DNA of 64,000 nucleotides, from NCBI GenBank assembly GCA_022841245.1, contig JALHRW010000002.1:3362-67361 (forward strand), read 5' to 3'. The DNA comes from Planctomycetota bacterium (lineage in GTDB: Bacteria; Planctomycetota; UBA11346). The notes beneath the pieces are model-generated. The model was not told where the DNA came from. It worked only from the letters and a program-made list of their open reading frames with translations, and did not search any database. This document shows, piece after piece, positions 1 through 8,999 of this stretch (position 1 is the first letter of the stretch; every line of letters starts with the position of its first letter). A program made the translations under genes and the position numbers.

Positions 1-1324
1 GGTGCAGCAGCACGACCAGGAAGCCGGAGATGCCGAGACTCAACGACACTTCGCTGGCGATGAAGTAGGCCAGGCCGATGACGGTGAAGTAGATCGAGCC
101 GTGCGCCAGGTTCTCGATCCCGCCGCTCTGCGCCACGCCGGGCAGCACGGTCAAGATCGCTTCATAGTTCTGCCAATGCAGGGTGATCCATGGCACGCGG
201 CCGGGGAACCACATGGCCAGGTAGTCGATGGCGTGCACGCCCAGCACCGGCACGAAGCCCCACCAGAACAACCGTGTGGTGAATATGTCGCTGATCAGCC
301 GGCCGGGCGAGCGCTGCAGCAGCGCGGTGGAGACCTGGGCGATGGGATAGGTCAGCTGCTCGTGCGAGGACCATTGGCGATGCACCAGCAGCGACAGCAT
401 CAGCACCGCGAGAGCGAGGAAGATGACCAGCGGCGCCCAGTAGGCGAAGGTCGGCAGCCATGCCCCGAACGGCACCTCGGACAGCGGCAGGGTGCGGTCG
501 CCCACCGTCAGACCTTGCATCGAGCCGGTATAGACGCGCTCGAACTCGTGCTTCGCCGCCGGCAGCCGCTCGCTCATGCCGGCGGTCAGGCGCGTCCTCG
601 CCCCACGCCAGGCGGCTGGCGCAGCGGGGTCGGCGAGGCTGGCTGGCAGCGTCTGCAGCAACGCACCCGCTGCGCTCCAGCGCTCGGGCTGGTCGGCGTT
701 GGCGCGCACCCAGGCCCGCTGCAGGTTGCTGCGCGCCAGTTCCTGCGATTCCTCGTCCAGCCATAGGCGCGGCGGCACCAGACCAGCGAGATCGAGGGCG
801 ACGGTGTAGGCGGCACGATCGGTGCCAGCCGCAGCCAGCTCGGCATCGCGCGAGCCGGCTGCGGATGCAGCCCGCTCGGCCGCAATCGCCGCATTCAGCG
901 CGGTCGCCTCGGCGCTGCCGTCGAGCGGGAATATGCCCTGCGGCAGATGGCCGAGGGTGTCGTGCGTGCGCCAGTCCGGCCGACCGTCGGCCTGCACCTG
1001 CGGCGTAACCACCACGCGCTGGAAGTAGCGGTAGAGGCTGGAATAGGGTACCCAGGCGCAGAGCAGGGTGAGGCCGAGCGCGACCACCAGCTCGCGGGTG
1101 GAGAAGCGCAGCCAGGCGAGCCGTCCGGCGGTGGGATTCCACAGCAGGGCGAGGATGACGACGAAGGCGAAGGGCGCTGGCGGCAGATGGTTGCCGATCA
1201 GCGACGACTGGTTGTTGTCGATCAGATTGCTGATCGCCGCTCCAGCGACTATGGCGCATACCCCGGCCAACCCGAACAGGACGGACTTCAGGGTGAAGGC
1301 CGTGCCGCTGTGCGCCTCAATCAC
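1..1324 (-). CDS. integral membrane protein of unknown function (3' end runs off the window)
   Basis: Absent from the ORF track because no stop lies inside the window. My own translation of the minus frame gives a GTG start at 1324-1322 preceded by GGAGGAG (1334-1328). The product reads IEAHSGTAFTLKSVLFGLAGVCAIVAGAAISNLIDNN ... FAYWAPLVIFLALAVLMLSLLVHRQW ... GSIYFTVIGLAYFIASEVSLSLGISGFLVVLL, with several hydrophobic helices. The listed ORF 162..1259 (-) is an Arg-rich shadow frame. Confidence 0.65.
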   Translation of the reverse strand, partial: MIEAHSGTAFTLKSVLFGLAGVCAIVAGAAISNLIDNNQSSLIGNHLPPAPFAFVVILALLWNPTAGRLAWLRFSTRELVVALGLTLLCAWVPYSSLYRYFQRVVVTPQVQADGRPDWRTHDTLGHLPQGIFPLDGSAEATALNAAIAAERAASAAGSRDAELAAAGTDRAAYTVALDLAGLVPPRLWLDEESQELARSNLQRAWVRANADQPERWSAAGALLQTLPASLADPAAPAAWRGARTRLTAGMSERLPAAKHEFERVYTGSMQGLTVGDRTLPLSEVPFGAWLPTFAYWAPLVIFLALAVLMLSLLVHRQWSSHEQLTYPIAQVSTALLQRSPGRLISDIFTTRLFWWGFVPVLGVHAIDYLAMWFPGRVPWITLHWQNYEAILTVLPGVAQSGGIENLAHGSIYFTVIGLAYFIASEVSLSLGISGFLVVLLH

Positions 1325-1609
1325 GGACTCCTCCCCTGGTAGAAAGCCCTTCGCCGCCACCTGTCCAGCTGCTGCGCACGGATCGGACTCCTCCAGCCAT
1401 GGCTGATGCAGCAGTCATACCGGTGCTCCTATGGTCAGCCATAGTTCTTGCTGCTTTTCCCATGTGAAATCACGACACCGGCGTTGCACCCGCCTGTCAC
1501 ATAAGTTCTATTTAGACGTTTGGCCATGGCCCAGGAATGCATCTGCAGCGGGCCCGGACGGCAATCCGTTGATTGTCACAATTAGTCAGTTTACATCACC
1601 ATTATCTCC

Positions 1610-1628
1610 GGTGCACCGACGATGCTCC
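1610..1628 (+). promoter_or_regulatory. copy of the GGTGCACC-N6-GCWCC element upstream of the AraC-family gene
   Basis: GGTGCACCGACGATGCTCC read directly. It lies in the 465-bp AT-richer divergent intergenic region, about 160 nt upstream of the ATG at 1790. Confidence 0.5.
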
Positions 1629-1789
1629 AGAGGCAGATGGTGGCCTTGCCACGCATCCGGACATCAGATTCTCTTGCACACATAATTGACATTACCAACT
1701 GGTTGGTTAGCATCACTGACGTCCCCCTCAGCAGCTATCGCTGCCGTTCCCGGCCGGGTGCCCAACCGCGTCAACAGGGAGTGCGAACC

Positions 1790-2635
1790 ATGTTCGACCA
1801 CAGCCATACCGCCAGCGCGTCTACCACTGCCGGCGAGACTCCGCCCCAGGCTGCCCCGGCCTGGCGCCTGCATGGCGTCGGCCGCTTCCGCGGGCACCCC
1901 GGCGAGATCGCCAACGAGGGCCCGCATCCGTACACCTCGATCCGCTACATCGAGGAGGGGCATGCCACCGCCTGGATCGACGGCTCGGTACGCAAGCTCG
2001 GCGCCGGCGATGTCTGCATCGTCCACCGCGAAGCCCGAGTGCAGATCTACCACGACCCGGCGCATCCCATCGCCGGCATCATGGTCGACTGTTCCGGCCC
2101 GTTGATCGCCCAGTTGATCGCAGCCTATCGCCTGACCGACCGCGCCCACATCGCCCAGGCCTCGATCGGCCCGGCCATCCGCAGCCTGCAAGGCATGGCC
2201 AGCACCAGCGACATCCCGCGGCGGGCCGGCCTGGCCTTGCACGAACTGCTGGCCCAGCTTGGCGAACGGGTCGAGGAACAGCCGGCCTGGCCGGAAGTCG
2301 TACGCTTGAGCAAGGCCTACATCGACGACAATATCGACTCGCCGCTGCGCTTGGCCGACGTCGCCCGCCACGCCCGCTGCTCGGAGGCCCACCTGAGTCG
2401 CATGTTCCGCCGCTACCTCGGTGTCCCTCCCGGCGACTACGGCCTGCGCCAGCGCATGGCCCTGGCCAAGCGCCTGCTGCTGACCACCGACGCTTCGATC
2501 AAGTCGATCGCCAATCGGCTCGGCTACCGCGACACCTTCGCCTTCTCGCACGCCTTCAAGAATGTCGAGGGCACCGCGCCGACGCTCTGGCGCACCGCCG
2601 ACCAGCGCTCGCGGGGGCTGGCCCGCGCCTCATGA
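1790..2635 (+). CDS. AraC-family transcriptional regulator (cupin-type N-domain plus AraC HTH)
   Basis: Part of ORF 1622..2635. I chose the internal ATG at 1790, preceded by AGGGAG. C-terminal HTH: HLSRMFRRYLGVPPGDYGLRQRMALAKRLLLTTDASIKSIANRLGYRDTFAFSHAFK. The N-terminal part is cupin-like (YIEEGHATAWIDGSVRKLGAGDVCIV). Confidence 0.85.
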   Translation: MFDHSHTASASTTAGETPPQAAPAWRLHGVGRFRGHPGEIANEGPHPYTSIRYIEEGHATAWIDGSVRKLGAGDVCIVHREARVQIYHDPAHPIAGIMVDCSGPLIAQLIAAYRLTDRAHIAQASIGPAIRSLQGMASTSDIPRRAGLALHELLAQLGERVEEQPAWPEVVRLSKAYIDDNIDSPLRLADVARHARCSEAHLSRMFRRYLGVPPGDYGLRQRMALAKRLLLTTDASIKSIANRLGYRDTFAFSHAFKNVEGTAPTLWRTADQRSRGLARAS

Positions 2636-3930
2636 ACAGCCTCCCCGTCGGCCTCGGCGCGCGCATTGCGAGCGCACAACCGGCCTTGTGGTGCAACCCA
2701 GGGCGACGACCGCTGGCCAGGCTCGCAACCCATCTCGCCGCGTGCCCGGCGGCGATCGACGATGCCGAGAACCGCCTGCGCCGCTTCGCTCCCCTGCTCG
2801 CCCGGCTTTTCCCCGAGCTAGCCGCCAGCGCCGGGCTCATCGAATCGCCGCTCATCCCGCTGCCGGGTTTCGCTGAGCGGCTCGGCGCGGGATCGGCACG
2901 GGTGCTGCTCAAAGCCGACCACGCCCTGCCGGTATCCGGATCGGTGAAGGCCCGCGGCGGCATCCATGCCGTGCTCGCCGCCGCCGAGCGCGTCGCAGCC
3001 GCAGAGGGGCTGCTGGGCATCGGGGAAGACCGCCTGGTGCTCGGCAGCGAGCGCGCCCGGGCCATCTTCGCCGAGCGCACCATCAGCGTCGGCAGCACCG
3101 GCAACCTCGGCATGTCGATCGGCATCGCCGGCCGGGCCCTCGGCTTCCGCGTCGTCGTGCACATGTCCGCCGACGCCAAGGCGTGGAAACGCGATCGGCT
3201 GCGTCGGCTGGGCGCGGTGGTGGTCGAACACGCCGGCGACTACCTCGCCGCCTGCGCCACCGCCCGGGCCGAGGCCGCGCAAGATCCGCGAACCAGCTTC
3301 ATCGATGACGAGAACTCGCCCGATCTGCTGTTCGGCTATGCCGTCGCCGGACGCCGGCTCGGGGCGCAGCTCGCCGCACTGGGCATCGTGGTCGATTCCA
3401 ACCGGCCGCTGGTACTGCATCTGCCGTGCGGCGTCGGCGGCGCACCGGGCGGCGTCGCGCTAGGCACCCGCCTGGCCCTGGGCGATGGGGCGCTCGCCAT
3501 CACCGCCGAGCCGGTGCAGGCCCCCTGCCTGCTGCTCGGCCTGGCCAGCGGCTGCCATGACGGCATCGCCGCCGCGGATCTCGGCCTGCACGGACGGACC
3601 CTGGCCGACGGCCTTGCGGTGCCGCGCGTCTCCGGCCTGGTCAGCCGCCTGGTCGAGCCGCTGCTCGACGGTTGCGCCACCGTCACCGACGAGGAGCTGT
3701 GCACGCATGTCGCCACGCTGCACCGCCACTATGGCCTGCGACTCGAACCGTCGGCTACGGCCGGCGTCGGCAGCCTGCGCCTGCTGCTCGCCTCGGCAGA
3801 CGGCACCGCCATGCGCACCACGCTGCGCCAGACCTGCGCCATCGACGAAGCGGTGCATATCCTCTGGGCCACAGGCGGTTCGCTGATCCCCGACGAGGAG
3901 TTCGCCACGATCCTCGCCCGCGCCGGCTGA
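2632..3930 (+). CDS. dsdA: D-serine ammonia-lyase (PLP-dependent, DsdA family)
   Basis: ORF 2632..3930. It is collinear with the DsdA family as I recall it: RLRRFAPLLARLFPE, the PLP-lysine motif SGSVKARGGIHAVL, SVGSTGNLGMSIGI, VHMSADAKAWKR, FIDDENS, LPCGVGGAPGGVA, LEPSATAG and WATGGSLIPDEE. The ATG overlaps the AraC stop (ATGA 2632-2635). Confidence 0.88.
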   Translation: MNSLPVGLGARIASAQPALWCNPGRRPLARLATHLAACPAAIDDAENRLRRFAPLLARLFPELAASAGLIESPLIPLPGFAERLGAGSARVLLKADHALPVSGSVKARGGIHAVLAAAERVAAAEGLLGIGEDRLVLGSERARAIFAERTISVGSTGNLGMSIGIAGRALGFRVVVHMSADAKAWKRDRLRRLGAVVVEHAGDYLAACATARAEAAQDPRTSFIDDENSPDLLFGYAVAGRRLGAQLAALGIVVDSNRPLVLHLPCGVGGAPGGVALGTRLALGDGALAITAEPVQAPCLLLGLASGCHDGIAAADLGLHGRTLADGLAVPRVSGLVSRLVEPLLDGCATVTDEELCTHVATLHRHYGLRLEPSATAGVGSLRLLLASADGTAMRTTLRQTCAIDEAVHILWATGGSLIPDEEFATILARAG

Positions 3931-3945
3931 CCAGGAGACCCGACG

Positions 3946-4917
3946 ATGTTCGACGACGTGATCACCAGGGATGACGACGCGACTGGATGGCCGGCGCGAC
4001 GGGCGCGCATCCGCCAGCGCATCCTCGCCAGCATGGGCACGCCGTCCTGCCCGCTGCCGGGCGCGGTCGCCTGCCGCAGCGAAGGCCACCTGGTCGAGTA
4101 CGGTCTGCAGCGCGAGGACATCGCCTTCGAGGTGCTGCCCGGCCTGGTCTGCCACGGCCACTTCTACCACGGCGGCGGCACCGGCCTGCCCGGGGCGGTG
4201 TGCATCCACGGCACCAACCGCGATCTCGCCTGCAAGGCCGTCGCCGCGCCCGAGCTGAAGCCGGACATGGCCTACGCCATCGAACTCGCCCGACTCGGCT
4301 TCCTCGCCATCACCGTCGACCAGTTCGGCTTCGGCCGCTGGTGCGGGAAGGACGGCGAAGAGGCGTTGTACCGGCGCTTCTTCGCGGCGCACCCCGACTG
4401 GTCGCTCGACGGCATGCGCCTGCACGTGCAGCGCTGCGCGGTCGACGTGCTGCGCGCGCACCCCCTCGCCGATCCGACGCGCACCGTCTGCATCGGCAAC
4501 TCGCTCGGTGGGCGCTCGGCCCTGCACCTGGCAGCCTTCGATGAGCGCATCAACGCTGCTGCCGTCTCCACCGGCGTCAGTCCGAACCTGACCAACGTCT
4601 ACCGCAACACCGCGACCGATCCGTGCCTGGCGCTGAGCCCCCGGCTCAACGCCGCGATCGCCGAGGACGGCCGACCGCCCTGGGAATACCCGGAACTGCT
4701 CGCCCTGGTCGCGCCACGCACGCTGCTGCTGATCGAGCCGTTCAACGATCCGTACAACCCGTTCATCGAGGCGACCACCGCCTGCTTCCTGGCGGCGCGG
4801 CGGGTCTACGAACTGCTCGGCGCACCGCAACGCCTGTCGCTGCTCTGCCACGGCAACGGCCATGGCACGGCCGAACCGCTGCGCGCCTACGCCTACGCCA
4901 TGCTGCGCACGGCCTGA
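3946..4917 (+). CDS. alpha/beta-fold hydrolase (esterase / dienelactone-hydrolase-like)
   Basis: ORF 3946..4917 with AGGAG at 3933-3937. Nucleophile elbow GNSLGG. General alpha/beta hydrolase layout. Substrate unknown. Confidence 0.6.
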   Translation: MFDDVITRDDDATGWPARRARIRQRILASMGTPSCPLPGAVACRSEGHLVEYGLQREDIAFEVLPGLVCHGHFYHGGGTGLPGAVCIHGTNRDLACKAVAAPELKPDMAYAIELARLGFLAITVDQFGFGRWCGKDGEEALYRRFFAAHPDWSLDGMRLHVQRCAVDVLRAHPLADPTRTVCIGNSLGGRSALHLAAFDERINAAAVSTGVSPNLTNVYRNTATDPCLALSPRLNAAIAEDGRPPWEYPELLALVAPRTLLLIEPFNDPYNPFIEATTACFLAARRVYELLGAPQRLSLLCHGNGHGTAEPLRAYAYAMLRTA

Positions 4918-4920
4918 TCG

Positions 4921-7900
4921 TCAGCGCGACAGCTGGGCGATGCGCCACTCGGCAAAGCGCTCGATCAACGGATCCGGCCACGGCGCGGCGAGCCGGCGCT
5001 TGTGCCCGGGTAGGGCGAGGAAGGCCTTCCAGCCGGCCAGGGCCACGGCGGTGTCGCGCTGGGCGTCGGCACACATCGCGTCGCCCACGATGCGCCAGGC
5101 TTCGGCCTCGACCTGCATCGGTTGGGCGAGCAGGGCCTGGACCGGATCGGTCCCGTCGCAGTAGCGGGCGAGATGCCAGGCGCGACGGGCGAATCGGGTA
5201 TCGAAGGCCTGGGCTGCGGTCAGCCCGCGCCGCCAGGCACCCTCATTGCCGGCCAGCTCCTGCTGCAGCGGGATGGCGAAAAGCGGGAGGAACCAGTGGC
5301 GATCGAGCGGCGAGCGCCGGATGTCCTCGCCCAGCGTCCCGGCTTCGGCCCGTCCTTCCTCGATGGCGCGCAGCCAACGGGCCTGCTTGCGATGACGCGG
5401 TTCGTAATCGGTGAGGAAGCCCTCCTCCCAGCGGCCGAGACGATAGAGCGCTTCGCACGGCACCCAGGTGACGCCGGCCGGATCGGCGGCCTCCTCCCAG
5501 CGGCCGGCCAAGGCGAGCAAGGCTCGATTGCGCGCCCAGCCTGGCCTGGCCAGGGCCGCATCCACCTCACCACGCGCGATGTGGGCATAGACGCTGTCAG
5601 CCTGCGTGGTCGCCAGTTCCGACTGCAGATAGCGCCCGGACATGAGCAGGAGCACGGCGCGGCGGCCGGTCTCCAGGCCATCGAGGGCCAAGGCGTTGTC
5701 GACATCACCCAGTTCGACGAGGGCTTCACCGCGTTCGATGATCAGCGCCTCGGGGCTGTCGGCCACCTCGCGGCAGCGGCCCAAGGCGAGCAGAGCCGCG
5801 CAGCGCTCGCGTGGCAGGACGTACGGATCACGCAGCAGCTCTTCAGCCCGGTCCAGGCGCACCAGCATGCTCGCGGTGATCATCGCCGACGCCTGGTCGG
5901 CCGGCATGCAGCTGCGGCGGAGTGCGATCAGTTGGGCGCAAACGTCCTCCGCCGCCTCGCCTGGAATCTTGTTCCAACGCTGGGCCCAGCCCTGCCAGAG
6001 GTTGGACAGCATGGTGGCCAGCTGCGGCGCGCGGCGGTGCAGGGCGACGAAACGCTCGCCGATGCGGGGATCCCAGTCACCCGCTGCAGCATGCGTCAGC
6101 CGGTGGGTCTCGGCCCGATCGTTCCAGATGCCAGGTGGCAGCGCCGACCACAGGTCCAGGGCGCGCGCGGCGCGCTGGTCGCGGAAGGCGGCGAGCCCCT
6201 GCAGATAGCGCGCCTCGGCGCCCAGCTCGCCGGTGCGCATGGTGTCGGCGACCTGGCCCCAGCGGTGCTCGGCGCTGGCGAAGCGGCCCTCGGCGAAATC
6301 GGCCTCGCCGACCGACAGCACGCTGATCAGCTCGGCCGGCTGGCGGTTGTAGATGCGGATGTTGGAGAAGGCCTTGCCCGGATGGTAGGCGTAGAGCTCG
6401 AGGTGGCCGTTGCCCACCGTGGTGACGTCGTCGTTGAACGACAGCAGCTTGCGCCCGTCGATCGACAGCGAGAGGTTGCGGCCATCGATCTCGGCACGCA
6501 GTCGGTAGCGCCGCCCCGGCTCGAGACGCAGCGGCGAGAAGGCGACGAACTCGTTGGCGGGCAGGCGCAGGATCGCGCAGTGCGAATTCTGGAAGGCGCC
6601 GGCCTTGATCGCCCAGCCCGCCTTCGGCTTGCCGTCATCGGGACCATCGACCAGCCACTGGATCGAGAGGTCGCCGGGCACGGCGTTGGGCAGGAATTCG
6701 GCGTCGTATTCGATGGCCAGCTGCGGATTGAGCGGCCGCTTCAGGCGCAGGCGCGAGTCGTAGCCGCCGCGGCTGACCATCAGGCCCGGCCGGCGGTCCC
6801 AGGTGCCGACGAGGTCTTCTTCCCAGCGCTGGCGCCAGCCGTCGTCGCGGAAATCCTCGACCACCAGCGGCTCGCCCCAGCGCGCCACCTGGCGCATGCG
6901 TTCGCCATAGACGTACCAGCCGGCGGCGAGCAGGCATAGCGCGACCGCCGCCGCGATGGCGATGCGGCCGGCGTGCGCCCGCAGGCGCACGAGGGCGCGT
7001 TCGGCCAGACCGGGACGGTAGGCGCGCAGGGCCAGACCCTGCTGCCAGCGCGACAGCTCGGCGCCGAGCTCGCCGGCGTCGGCGTAGCGCCGCTCGGGAT
7101 CCGGATCGAGCGCTTTGCGCACCACGGCGAGCAGTTGGCGTCCGACGCGTTGCTCCTCGGCCGGCGACGGCCACGTGACGGCGCCCCGGCGCTTGCGCTC
7201 CCAGAACGCGGCGGGGTCGTCCTCATGGATGGGGACGCGCAGCAGCAGGGCCTGGAACAGCGAGCAGCCGATGGCGTAGACGTCGCTGCGCCGGTCGGCC
7301 GGTTCGCTGCGCGCCTGCTCCGGGCTCATGAAGTACGGCGTGCCGACCAGCCGGCCGATCGACGCCGAGGCCTCGCCGATGACCCGGGCCTCGCCCCAGT
7401 CCACCACCTGGACCTCGCCGTGCAGACCGAGCATGATGTTGTCGGGCTTGATGTCGCGATGGACGATGCCGCGGCTGTGCGCGCGGGACATCGCTTCGCA
7501 CACCTTGATGAACACGCCGACCACCTGCCCCGGCGTGGTCAGGTCGGCGACACTGCCGCCGCTGGTGGCCTGCGCGATCGCGTTGCCCAGGCTGCGCCCG
7601 ACGATCCGGCGCATGGTCAGGCAGGCCTTGCCATCCGGCTCGACCAGCAGGTCGTAGATCGGCACGATGTTGGGATGGTCGAGGCTGGCGGTGATGCGCG
7701 CCTCGCGCAGGAAGGCCTCGCCCTGCCGACCGGTGGTCGCGGCGAGCATCTTCAGCGCCACCTGGCGGCCGAGTACCGTGTCGCAGGCCTCGTAGACCGG
7801 TCCGCTGACGCCGCGACCGAGTTCGCCACCAAGGACATAGCGGGAGGCGGGCGTGCCGCCGGCGGCAGTCGCTTCGGCCGGACCCTCGCGGATCGTCTCC

Positions 7901-7929
7901 TCCAGTTCGTCCTGCCAGGGCCCGCTCAT
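4921..7929 (-). CDS. Hanks-type Ser/Thr protein kinase with one TM helix and a large extracytoplasmic C-terminal region
   Basis: ORF 4921..7929. Kinase motifs: GRGVSGPVY, VALKML, HRDIKPDN, DWG (DFG-like) and GTPYFMSPE. TM segment IAIAAAVALCLLAAGWYVY. A roughly 170-aa beta-sandwich-like segment follows (GWRQRWEEDLVGTWD ... GHLELYAYHPGKAFSNIRIYN), then helical repeats. The ATG overlaps the upstream stop (ATGA 7926-7929). Confidence 0.9.
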   Translation of the reverse strand: MSGPWQDELEETIREGPAEATAAGGTPASRYVLGGELGRGVSGPVYEACDTVLGRQVALKMLAATTGRQGEAFLREARITASLDHPNIVPIYDLLVEPDGKACLTMRRIVGRSLGNAIAQATSGGSVADLTTPGQVVGVFIKVCEAMSRAHSRGIVHRDIKPDNIMLGLHGEVQVVDWGEARVIGEASASIGRLVGTPYFMSPEQARSEPADRRSDVYAIGCSLFQALLLRVPIHEDDPAAFWERKRRGAVTWPSPAEEQRVGRQLLAVVRKALDPDPERRYADAGELGAELSRWQQGLALRAYRPGLAERALVRLRAHAGRIAIAAAVALCLLAAGWYVYGERMRQVARWGEPLVVEDFRDDGWRQRWEEDLVGTWDRRPGLMVSRGGYDSRLRLKRPLNPQLAIEYDAEFLPNAVPGDLSIQWLVDGPDDGKPKAGWAIKAGAFQNSHCAILRLPANEFVAFSPLRLEPGRRYRLRAEIDGRNLSLSIDGRKLLSFNDDVTTVGNGHLELYAYHPGKAFSNIRIYNRQPAELISVLSVGEADFAEGRFASAEHRWGQVADTMRTGELGAEARYLQGLAAFRDQRAARALDLWSALPPGIWNDRAETHRLTHAAAGDWDPRIGERFVALHRRAPQLATMLSNLWQGWAQRWNKIPGEAAEDVCAQLIALRRSCMPADQASAMITASMLVRLDRAEELLRDPYVLPRERCAALLALGRCREVADSPEALIIERGEALVELGDVDNALALDGLETGRRAVLLLMSGRYLQSELATTQADSVYAHIARGEVDAALARPGWARNRALLALAGRWEEAADPAGVTWVPCEALYRLGRWEEGFLTDYEPRHRKQARWLRAIEEGRAEAGTLGEDIRRSPLDRHWFLPLFAIPLQQELAGNEGAWRRGLTAAQAFDTRFARRAWHLARYCDGTDPVQALLAQPMQVEAEAWRIVGDAMCADAQRDTAVALAGWKAFLALPGHKRRLAAPWPDPLIERFAEWRIAQLSR

Positions 7930-8999
7930 GACCGGACATCCTGAGCCGCCCCGCTGACCGGCAATGGCCGCACCGCCAGCCGGAACGGCGGACCAGCGAC
8001 ACCGGCGAGATTGAGCGAGCGCAGCGACAGCGCGATGCCCTTGGCCGGCAGGCGCAGCGAGAACAGTTCATGGCAGGCCTGCCAGGTCGCGCCGTCGGTC
8101 GACACCTGGTAGGCGGCGAGATTGGGCGTGCACGAATCGATGCGCACCTGCAGCAGGCCGCTCTCGATGCGCAGATCGCAGGCGAGCACGTTCGGCGTCC
8201 ACTCGATCCACGAGCGGTGCACCGTGCGGATGAAGAAGCCGGCCTCGTAGGCCCAGTGCGGCTTGCCGTCGCGGATCCAGGTGCCGGCGCGGAAGGCCTC
8301 GTCGTCGAGCACGACCAGGCTCGCCTGCCCGCTGCACGGCAGCGAGCTGAAGGCGGCGGTACCGGGCTCCCACGACAGCCAGCGGTAGAACGAAGCGTCC
8401 TCGCCACCGCGGCGCGGCCCCTCGCGGCGCTCGGGACCATAGACCAGTCGCACGCCGGTCGCGCCGTCGCGCAGCACCTGGTCGCGGATCTCCAGGGCCG
8501 AGAGCGGAACGCCGTCGAGCTCGTAGTGCAGGTCGTACTTGGCGTCGACCACCACCCATTTGCGCAGAGCGTTGACCCACACCTCGTTGACCCCGTGGTG
8601 GCGCCCGTCCTGCAGCGTACCCGGGCCGACGCCGAGCCGCCGGCAGACGTGGCCGTAGGCGTTGAGCACCGTGTCCTGCACCACGGTGAAATGCGCGCAG
8701 TGGAAGCGCCCGCCCTGCGCCGCCGCATCGAGGATGGCGACCGCGTGGCCATGCAGGGTCGGAGTCGGATTGGCGTCCTCGATGCCGATGCGCCGGGCGA
8801 TCCAGTGCCGCAGGGCGAGGATGCGCGCCAGCTCGTCCTCGACTCCGGCGACGGCCTCGTCGATGGCGAAGCGCGCACGCAGCGCAGCGAAGCGGGGATC
8901 GCGCAGGTCCTCGTAGGCGGGGAACAATTCATTGCGGCGCAGCTCGGGGTTGCCCGACTGGTCTATTTCGAATCCCGGGTGAGTCGCTTGGGACGTCAT
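7926..8999 (-). CDS. transglutaminase-like (Cys-His-Asp core) protein, paralog 1
   Basis: ORF 7926..8999. Papain/transglutaminase-like triad context: GGRFHCAHF ... GRHHGVNEVW ... VVDAKYD. No obvious signal peptide. It is clearly paralogous to 48912..49994. ATGA overlaps occur at both ends. Confidence 0.7.
   Translation of the reverse strand: MTSQATHPGFEIDQSGNPELRRNELFPAYEDLRDPRFAALRARFAIDEAVAGVEDELARILALRHWIARRIGIEDANPTPTLHGHAVAILDAAAQGGRFHCAHFTVVQDTVLNAYGHVCRRLGVGPGTLQDGRHHGVNEVWVNALRKWVVVDAKYDLHYELDGVPLSALEIRDQVLRDGATGVRLVYGPERREGPRRGGEDASFYRWLSWEPGTAAFSSLPCSGQASLVVLDDEAFRAGTWIRDGKPHWAYEAGFFIRTVHRSWIEWTPNVLACDLRIESGLLQVRIDSCTPNLAAYQVSTDGATWQACHELFSLRLPAKGIALSLRSLNLAGVAGPPFRLAVRPLPVSGAAQDVRS

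Noticed and set aside
162-1259. 365-aa minus-strand ORF (and 2..766 +, 460..1008 +) at the left edge
   Set aside because: The translations are Arg/Ala/Pro-rich low-complexity sequence typical of wrong frames in GC-rich DNA. The third minus frame gives a coherent multi-helix membrane protein with an SD-preceded GTG at 1324.
1431-1685. 84-aa ORF in the long intergenic region, plus the 1622 ATG extension of the AraC gene
   Set aside because: It lies in the AT-richer non-coding stretch and its composition is Cys/His/Arg/Ser-rich and implausible. No SD is present. The AraC gene has a good SD-preceded ATG at 1790.
8217-8224. Exact GGTGCACC copies inside coding sequence at 8217-8224 and 44995-45002
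   Set aside because: They lack the downstream AT(G/A)GG-GCWCC extension and any promoter-like context. Two or three chance hits of a GC-rich octamer are expected in 64 kb of this composition.
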